From assembly GCA_017399265.1 (NCBI GenBank), contig JAFQDL010000009.1, positions 130,078 through 194,077 on the forward strand: DNA of 64,000 nucleotides, given 5' to 3'. The notes beneath the pieces are model-generated. The model was not told the DNA's origin, did not search any database, and saw only the letters and a list, made by a program, of their open reading frames with translations. Positions 57,879-64,000 of this stretch are shown in pieces. Origin of the DNA: Clostridia bacterium. GTDB taxonomy: Bacteria; Bacillota; Clostridia; Christensenellales; UBA1242. Position numbers and translations under genes: made by a program. Each line of letters begins with the position of its first letter. Position 1 is the stretch's first letter.

Positions 57879-57930
57879 ACACTATGATTAAAGATTGCAT
57901 TGCGAATGCAGTTTTATCATAGTGTTTTTT
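57879..57930 (+). terminator. Compound hairpin terminator after attR, probably the original tRNA-Arg terminator
   Basis: The outer stem acactatgat / atcatagtgt (10 bp) encloses the inner stem tgcatt/aatgca, then T6. Confidence 0.65.
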
Positions 57931-58088
57931 ATTTTTTAATATTAACTTATTTATCTATCTTTTTAATATTTAATGAATATAACATGTAATTTATAGTTTG
58001 TATAGATTGCAAATCTTAATTAAGATGACGATGGCTCAAAAAAATATATTTAAGCATAAAATGGAACAAGAGCGTTCGGGGGTGTGCT

Positions 58089-58601
58089 ATGTGGACGATA
58101 GATTACATTTTGTCCCAGATTTGTGTTGTTGTTGCTGTTGTTGCTTTGATAATTACTTTTTTTACATCAAATAAGAGAGTTATTTTAATATTGAGCCTAG
58201 TAGATGTTTTGGCATACATTTTTCAATTTCTACTTTTGAATCAATATACAGGTGCGTTCTTAAATGTAGTAGGATTGATAAGAGTTTTAACACTGTATAT
58301 TGAACATTCTAAGGGAATATATACCAGTATTTTGACAATCTGTTTTTTAAACTTTTTATCTATATTAGTAGGTGTAGTTACATTCGTCGGGTATTATTGT
58401 ATATTTGCTATAATTGCCGAATTTTTAGACACATATGCACTTTGGTCGTATTCTATACTTGGTTATAGATGGTGTGCTTTTTTTGCAAGTTTGTTTTGGA
58501 TAATATATTTTATTTTCTGTAAATCAGTTTTTGCTATAGGTTTAGAAATTATTCTTATGGTAATGGCACTATTTGGTATTGTCAGGTATTATTACAGATA
58601 G
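58089..58601 (+). CDS. Small polytopic membrane protein (YgjV-like)
   Basis: 170 aa with 5 predicted TM segments. The family call rests on general resemblance only. Confidence 0.5.
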   Translation: MWTIDYILSQICVVVAVVALIITFFTSNKRVILILSLVDVLAYIFQFLLLNQYTGAFLNVVGLIRVLTLYIEHSKGIYTSILTICFLNFLSILVGVVTFVGYYCIFAIIAEFLDTYALWSYSILGYRWCAFFASLFWIIYFIFCKSVFAIGLEIILMVMALFGIVRYYYR

Positions 58602-58708
58602 CATTTAATTCAGTTTCAAAGTAAATTTGTTTTGTTAATATTATAAAAGATGCTACAATACTACTATAAATAATGTTTTTTTATACATTCAACATACAAA
58701 GGAGAAAG

Positions 58709-59581
58709 ATGTTAAGTAAACTTCTTGCATATTCATTAAGCAAATGTTTAAAGTCGGAAAAACTTGCAAAAGATAGTCCGATACTTTTTCTGTTAGATAC
58801 TTTGGTTTCTGTATGTTTTGTATGCGGTGGAGCTTTTATATTCTTATTAACATTGAAGCTATTTGTAGGCTTAAGGTTGGGAGATTTAGTATTAATATCT
58901 TCTACGTTTTTGCTTGAATTATATGTAGTTTTAAAATGTGTGTCTTTAAATTCGTATAAGTTAAAAATTGGCATTGATAAAGATATTGAATGTGATAAAG
59001 GTGTTATATTTTATACTAAATCTATAATTAAAGATCAGTTGTCGTTAGTTTTACCATTTTTAATGATTTTTGGAATGTTTGTAGGTGCAGATATTAATTT
59101 TTACATACATAGTATCATTTCTGTTATTAGCTTGTCTTTGATGTTAGGCGCTTGGATTTTATTGCTAATAAATGCCGTTGATTCTATAAAAAAATCTTTT
59201 AAAAACTTAAGTCAAAATAAAGAATTTGTTATAACAATTCTTTTGTTAATAGTATCTGCAATATTTATATTAATTTGCAGAGGTCTTTCTGTCGGCCATA
59301 TATCTAGCGCTAGCTTGTTAGAGTTTATTAATCAAACATTACTAACTATTCAATCGTCCGTATTTGCAGTAAACAGCAATGTATTAATTTGTATAAATAT
59401 TCTTACATTAATATTAATAATGCAAGGGCTTGTACTATTTATTATTTTCACAATATTCGGAACTAAAAATTATATAGAGAATATTGTAATTAAGTGTAGT
59501 GCAAGAATTGATACAGAAGTAAAAAAATATTACAATAATATTTTAAAATCATGTTTGGCTCGCAGCCCAACCGCTCTATAA
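58709..59581 (+). CDS. Polytopic membrane protein, hypothetical
   Basis: Start set at ATG 58709 after AAGGAG. Multiple TM segments. Confidence 0.55.
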   Translation: MLSKLLAYSLSKCLKSEKLAKDSPILFLLDTLVSVCFVCGGAFIFLLTLKLFVGLRLGDLVLISSTFLLELYVVLKCVSLNSYKLKIGIDKDIECDKGVIFYTKSIIKDQLSLVLPFLMIFGMFVGADINFYIHSIISVISLSLMLGAWILLLINAVDSIKKSFKNLSQNKEFVITILLLIVSAIFILICRGLSVGHISSASLLEFINQTLLTIQSSVFAVNSNVLICINILTLILIMQGLVLFIIFTIFGTKNYIENIVIKCSARIDTEVKKYYNNILKSCLARSPTAL

Positions 59582-59651
59582 CAATTCAATTTTTACTAAA
59601 GGATTGTATAGTTTGAGTTTAATTTCTCAAACTATAATAGAGAGGATATTT

Positions 59652-61868
59652 ATGATTTATGCAATTATGGTTCTTGGAATTGCAATGTTATTATTTGCAT
59701 TGATCTTTATTGAAAAGAAGTTCCCAAAGAAAATACATAAGTGGATAAAAATAATAACTTTTATATTCATACTTACATATGCATTTAGATTATTGAATTT
59801 TGATAAATTTGATAATATTATTGGTTTGCAGTGTGACTACATGTCTAAGGGTATGGTTGCATGGATGATGTTGTTAAAGACCATGCTCCCTGTAGCAACA
59901 ATAGTTACCGCTATAGAACCTTTTAGAACAACATATACAACAAAAAATATATTAAGATTTTTTGTTCCAGTTGTTACTTTGTTAAATATTATAATGTATA
60001 AACAAAACCTAATGATGTTTTTTGGGACATCGAATGTATCTGCATTTACATTAAGGGGTATATTCTTTGCGACAGAGTTAATCTTTATGGGCGGGATTTC
60101 CGCATATTATCTTTATAAATTTATTATAAATTTTGAAAAAAGTAAAAGATATCTTAACCCATTGAAGTGTATTCTTGCAATATTGGGTCTAATGATTGCT
60201 TGTTTACCAGTAAATTTTTTCCAAACTTTGTTTGGTATTTTTGGAGAAGAAGCGTTAGATTTTAATTTTACTCATAGGGCAGTAATATATTTAAGTTTTA
60301 TAATACCGTTACTTATTTATTTTGGTTTCCGCAGAAAGAGTAAAGAAGAATGTAAAACATTACTTATTTATTTGGCTACTTCTTGTTTAATAACTTTTTG
60401 CTATACCATTGATATAAACAGCTTGAATTATACTAATCTGCCACTACATTTATGTAACACAGGTGTGTTTTTAATTTTTATTGCATTTGTATTTAATATT
60501 AAAAGTATTTATTATTTTACATTTTTTGTGAATGTTATTGGAGCATTATTTGCTATGTTTATGCCTAATTATTCTGGGAGTTTATTTATAGCAGAGAATA
60601 TTAGGTTCTGGTATAATCACATGTATGTGTTCTTTTTACCAGTATTAGCAATGGTGTTAAAGGTTTTTCCAAGACCAACTTTTAAGATGATAAAAGGGGC
60701 CATAGGAGTTTTTACGATATATTTTATATCCATGATTATTGCAAATGCGTGGATCAATACATTTGCGTCAGTAGATTATTTCTTCTTACAAGGGGATACT
60801 ATTTCTAAACATGCACAATTCTTGACAGATTGGAAGAATTTGTATATTTGGAAAGTTGTAATTAGAGGTGTGGCATATTCTACTTCATGGTTATTTGATA
60901 TATTTGTATATGTTGGATATGTGTTTTTAATGTTTATAATATGGTTGGTGTATGACTATTTGTTTAAAGCCCAAGACCATTATACACGTTTGAATGAGTT
61001 AGATAAGATTGATATGTTAAATATTAGGCAGTTAAAGAAGCGTTTAAATGGGGACTTAACTCTGCCTATTAATATAAGAGGAAAAAATATGATTAATATA
61101 AGTCACTTTACAAAAATTTATGCTGGCAGTGATAAAAAGGCGGTAGATAACTTTTCTCTAAAAGTAAAGAATGGACAAGTGTTTGGTTTTATTGGACATA
61201 ATGGTGCAGGCAAATCTACATTAATCAAAAGCTTAGTAGGAATACAAAGCATCACTGGTGGTAAAATAGAAGTTTGTGGATATGACATAACCAAGCAGCC
61301 ATTGCAAGCAAAACTAAATATTGGATATGTGTCAGACAACCACGCAGTTTATGAAAAGCTAACTGGTAGAGAGTATTTGAATTATGTGGCTGACTTATAT
61401 TTGGTTAGTAAACAAGATAGAGAAGAAAGGATTGAACGATATTCAAAGATGTTTCATTTAGAGAATGATTTAGACAGGGAAATAAAAGGTTATTCGCACG
61501 GAATGAAACAAAAGTTAGTTGTCATCGCGTCTATTATACATAATCCAAAAGTATGGGTGTTAGATGAACCATTAACAGGATTGGATCCTGTAAGTAGTCA
61601 TCAAATAAAAAGCTTAATGAGAAAAATGGCGGATGAAGGACATATTGTATTCTTTTCCAGCCACGTTATAGAAGTCCTTGAAAAACTTTGTGATAGAGTA
61701 GCAATAATCAAACAAGGTAAATTAGTAGGAGAATATTCTAGTGAAGAACTAAAGGCTAAAAAGATGTCGCTAGAAGATATCTATTTAGATTCTGCTGATG
61801 ATGTAGTAGAAGATGATGTTAAGTCTTTGATTGTTGCAGGGAATAAAGGATCTAAAGAGTCTAATTAA
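59652..61868 (+). CDS. Fusion protein with an N-terminal ~460-aa polytopic membrane domain (LPLHLCN motif, YwaF/TMEM164-like) and a C-terminal ABC ATPase
   Basis: Start at ATG 59652 after AGAGAGGA. The C-terminal part has GHNGAGKST, YSHGMKQKL and VLDEPLTGLDP (ABC-2-type ATPase). Confidence 0.8.
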   Translation: MIYAIMVLGIAMLLFALIFIEKKFPKKIHKWIKIITFIFILTYAFRLLNFDKFDNIIGLQCDYMSKGMVAWMMLLKTMLPVATIVTAIEPFRTTYTTKNILRFFVPVVTLLNIIMYKQNLMMFFGTSNVSAFTLRGIFFATELIFMGGISAYYLYKFIINFEKSKRYLNPLKCILAILGLMIACLPVNFFQTLFGIFGEEALDFNFTHRAVIYLSFIIPLLIYFGFRRKSKEECKTLLIYLATSCLITFCYTIDINSLNYTNLPLHLCNTGVFLIFIAFVFNIKSIYYFTFFVNVIGALFAMFMPNYSGSLFIAENIRFWYNHMYVFFLPVLAMVLKVFPRPTFKMIKGAIGVFTIYFISMIIANAWINTFASVDYFFLQGDTISKHAQFLTDWKNLYIWKVVIRGVAYSTSWLFDIFVYVGYVFLMFIIWLVYDYLFKAQDHYTRLNELDKIDMLNIRQLKKRLNGDLTLPINIRGKNMINISHFTKIYAGSDKKAVDNFSLKVKNGQVFGFIGHNGAGKSTLIKSLVGIQSITGGKIEVCGYDITKQPLQAKLNIGYVSDNHAVYEKLTGREYLNYVADLYLVSKQDREERIERYSKMFHLENDLDREIKGYSHGMKQKLVVIASIIHNPKVWVLDEPLTGLDPVSSHQIKSLMRKMADEGHIVFFSSHVIEVLEKLCDRVAIIKQGKLVGEYSSEELKAKKMSLEDIYLDSADDVVEDDVKSLIVAGNKGSKESN

Positions 61869-61886
61869 TTTTAAAGAGGGTAGTAT

Positions 61887-63497
61887 ATGTTTGAAAGAAT
61901 TAAATTATTAACCCTTTTACAATTAGGAGGGCGTAAGAAAAAAGTAGTACATAATAAAAAACAACTATTAGTATCTGTTTTATTAAAACTATTGACTATA
62001 GTGGCGATTACGCTAGTAATGTACTTTGCTTTTAATTTTATAAAAAATTATTTTAGTTTCCCTATAAACAAGAGTGTATTAACGTTTGTATTGTTTATTT
62101 CTCAATACATAAGTATTATCACTAGTACTAGCGCATTAATGTCGATACTATATAATAGTAAGGATAATGCAATACTATTAAGTTATCCAGCAAAACATAA
62201 TGAAGTATTTATAAGTAAATTAGTGGTTTCATACTTGGAGCAATTAAACAAAAATTTATTTGTATTGCTACCATTGTTTATAAGTTTTGGAGTTCTAAAT
62301 CAAGTAGCATTTTTCTATTATATAGCATCATTTATAATGTTTTTAGTATTACCAATATTTCCAGTGTTTATAGGTGCTATTTTATCTATACCACTTGCGT
62401 ATATTAAGAAATTATTTAAAAAATTCCCCGTGTTATATGTGATATTAATTATAGGGTTGATTGTTGGAGTGTTTTTCTTAATATCGGCATTTATCGATGC
62501 AATACCAAAACCACTAAGACTTGTTGCGATTTACAACAAATTTATAAATGGTTTTTTAGAGTTTGTCAGTTCAGCTAATAAATTTGCATTGTTTTACAAT
62601 TTTGTTACAGATATAATGTATTCCATTAATATATGGCTTAATAGTTTGTGGTTAATACTTGTTCTTTCAGGAATTGTTTTGCTGACTAATTACATTTCCA
62701 TGCCATTGTATTTCAATTTGGCAAGCAAATCAAATGAGCATCAAAATAGCAATAAAGTAAAAAAGTTAAAACCAGTAAATCAAAAGACTACGTTTACTGC
62801 ATTCTTGACTAAAGAACTAAAGTTAACTTTTAGAAATATTAATAAAGTCATCAATGATTACGCGTTGATTATACTTATGCCTATTATACTGTTCATTATG
62901 AATGTCGCGTTGAGTGCTATTATAGTTACAGATTTAGGACGCGCTATAATAGCAGGGTTTAACATTATCGTTGGAATGGTTTTGGTGAGTGCATGCAATA
63001 CGCAGAGTGCTACAGCTATTACAACTGAGGGTGGCGAGTTTGTTTTGTTGAAAACTGCGCCATCTAAAACATCAAATATGGTTTGGGCTAAGATATTAAT
63101 TAATTTTATTGTAAGTACATTTTTTATATTATTAAGTTCATTGCTTATGACAATATCAAATGCGGTTACCATTCAAAACATTTGGCCAATTTGTGCCATT
63201 ATGATACTTGTCAACTGGTCGCATATTCTTATGTCATTTCAGTTTGACTTGCTAAATCCCAAACTTAGAGATTATGCAGAATCAGGAAAAACTGACAACA
63301 ATCCTAACGCTAACAAATCTGTATTAGTAGGATTGCTGATAGGCATAATCATTGGTGCATTAGCAATATTCTTATTTAATGAAGATATGATTTTAGGTTG
63401 GTATAAAATAGTAACTATAGCGCTAGCTTTCTTTATATTGAGGTTGTATTTATTTGTGAAGAACCTTAGAGTATTCTTTAAAAGGATAGAATACTAG
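61887..63497 (+). CDS. Multi-pass membrane protein, putative ABC-2-type exporter permease
   Basis: 536 aa with about 10 or more TM segments. Lies directly after the ABC ATPase fusion with a GAGGG SD. Confidence 0.6.
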   Translation: MFERIKLLTLLQLGGRKKKVVHNKKQLLVSVLLKLLTIVAITLVMYFAFNFIKNYFSFPINKSVLTFVLFISQYISIITSTSALMSILYNSKDNAILLSYPAKHNEVFISKLVVSYLEQLNKNLFVLLPLFISFGVLNQVAFFYYIASFIMFLVLPIFPVFIGAILSIPLAYIKKLFKKFPVLYVILIIGLIVGVFFLISAFIDAIPKPLRLVAIYNKFINGFLEFVSSANKFALFYNFVTDIMYSINIWLNSLWLILVLSGIVLLTNYISMPLYFNLASKSNEHQNSNKVKKLKPVNQKTTFTAFLTKELKLTFRNINKVINDYALIILMPIILFIMNVALSAIIVTDLGRAIIAGFNIIVGMVLVSACNTQSATAITTEGGEFVLLKTAPSKTSNMVWAKILINFIVSTFFILLSSLLMTISNAVTIQNIWPICAIMILVNWSHILMSFQFDLLNPKLRDYAESGKTDNNPNANKSVLVGLLIGIIIGALAIFLFNEDMILGWYKIVTIALAFFILRLYLFVKNLRVFFKRIEY

Positions 63498-63508
63498 GAG
63501 GTGGGCTT

Positions 63509-63967
63509 ATGAGTAAAAAGATATCATTAATAATTTCTGTAATAGTTGCATTTATGGGTATAATACTTGTTTCTATTTTTGGTAAAGTGCCGGAATATTT
63601 ACTTGAAAAGGTAAAAATGGAAAAACTATATTTTCAAGATAAAAATATAGTTTTAGATGATGGAGACAAGATATATTATTTTGCACTAAGTTATGGAAAC
63701 ATGAGTTTAAATGTTTATGATATGATAGTGTATGAGCCCAACAATACTACTGACATATCAGTAAGTTATACACTTAGCAATTACGACATTGCTAAAATAA
63801 CACAAACAGGCATGTTAACATTTGAGGAACATGCAATAAATTCATTTACTAGTTTAGAGGTGACGATTGCATCTCAAGATTCAAGCAATTTATCGGATAA
63901 GCTGATTATTAGACATATAAATCTAAAAGATAAAGATTCTGCAGAGTTCGATGATTTTGAAATTTAA
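63509..63967 (+). CDS. Membrane-anchored hypothetical protein
   Basis: 152 aa. An N-terminal TM anchor, then a soluble domain. AGGAGG SD, 12 nt after the upstream stop. Confidence 0.55.
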   Translation: MSKKISLIISVIVAFMGIILVSIFGKVPEYLLEKVKMEKLYFQDKNIVLDDGDKIYYFALSYGNMSLNVYDMIVYEPNNTTDISVSYTLSNYDIAKITQTGMLTFEEHAINSFTSLEVTIASQDSSNLSDKLIIRHINLKDKDSAEFDDFEI

Positions 63968-63986
63968 GACTAGATAGGAGGAAAAA

Positions 63987-64000
63987 ATGAAAAAGATAAA
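63987..64000 (+). CDS. Start of another CDS, cut by the window end
   Basis: ATGAAAAAGATAAA follows TAGGAGGA. Only 4 codons are visible. Confidence 0.3.

Overview
Visibly AT-rich, Bacillota-like chromosomal segment: tRNAs carry an encoded CCA, SD sequences are AGGAGG-type, and the window encodes rubrerythrin and a Spo0A_C-like domain. Most of it is ordinary housekeeping. This includes the rpsF-ssb-rpsR operon, ychF, uppP, galU, rubrerythrin, a heterodimeric ABC exporter pair, polA, an SOS-boxed dinB, an archaeal-type aspS, ppa, serS, deoD, and metK behind a SAM-I riboswitch. Mixed in are surface or cell-envelope genes: a BspA-like LRR protein, a 1548-aa repeat and beta-helix lipoprotein, GT2/GT4 glycosyltransferases, and two paralogous membrane-anchored proteins. 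There are two tRNA loci (tRNA-CAU plus tRNA-Glu, and tRNA-Arg-CCU), and both carry duplicated tRNA 3' ends. The main result is a 10.1-kb island at 47687..57865. It is inserted in the anticodon loop of tRNA-Arg(CCU) and bounded by a perfect 48-bp direct repeat. The island holds an IS200-type tnpA and one tightly coupled minus-strand operon. In transcription order the operon encodes a Tet(M)-type ribosomal-protection-like GTPase, then a 29-aa Cys-containing peptide missing from the ORF track (MEQKVTPTITVVATNDSQAKMAVGTCHCN) followed by an attenuator hairpin. Next come a radical-SAM/SPASM enzyme with an RRE-like N-terminus, a degenerate rSAM/SPASM-like Cys-rich protein, and a second radical-SAM enzyme. 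The last four genes are an M29 aminopeptidase, a GNAT, a PLP-fold-like protein and an M16 peptidase. I read this as a candidate, possibly new, RiPP-type pathway whose product may target the ribosome. That reading is inference from gene content only. Secondary observations are a G8 tract inside a promoter spacer (possible phase variation), att-scar-like repeats with a GC-rich structured segment after tRNA-Glu, and a shared 25-nt palindrome at two distant loci. An ABC ATPase fused to a large polytopic membrane domain is also noted.
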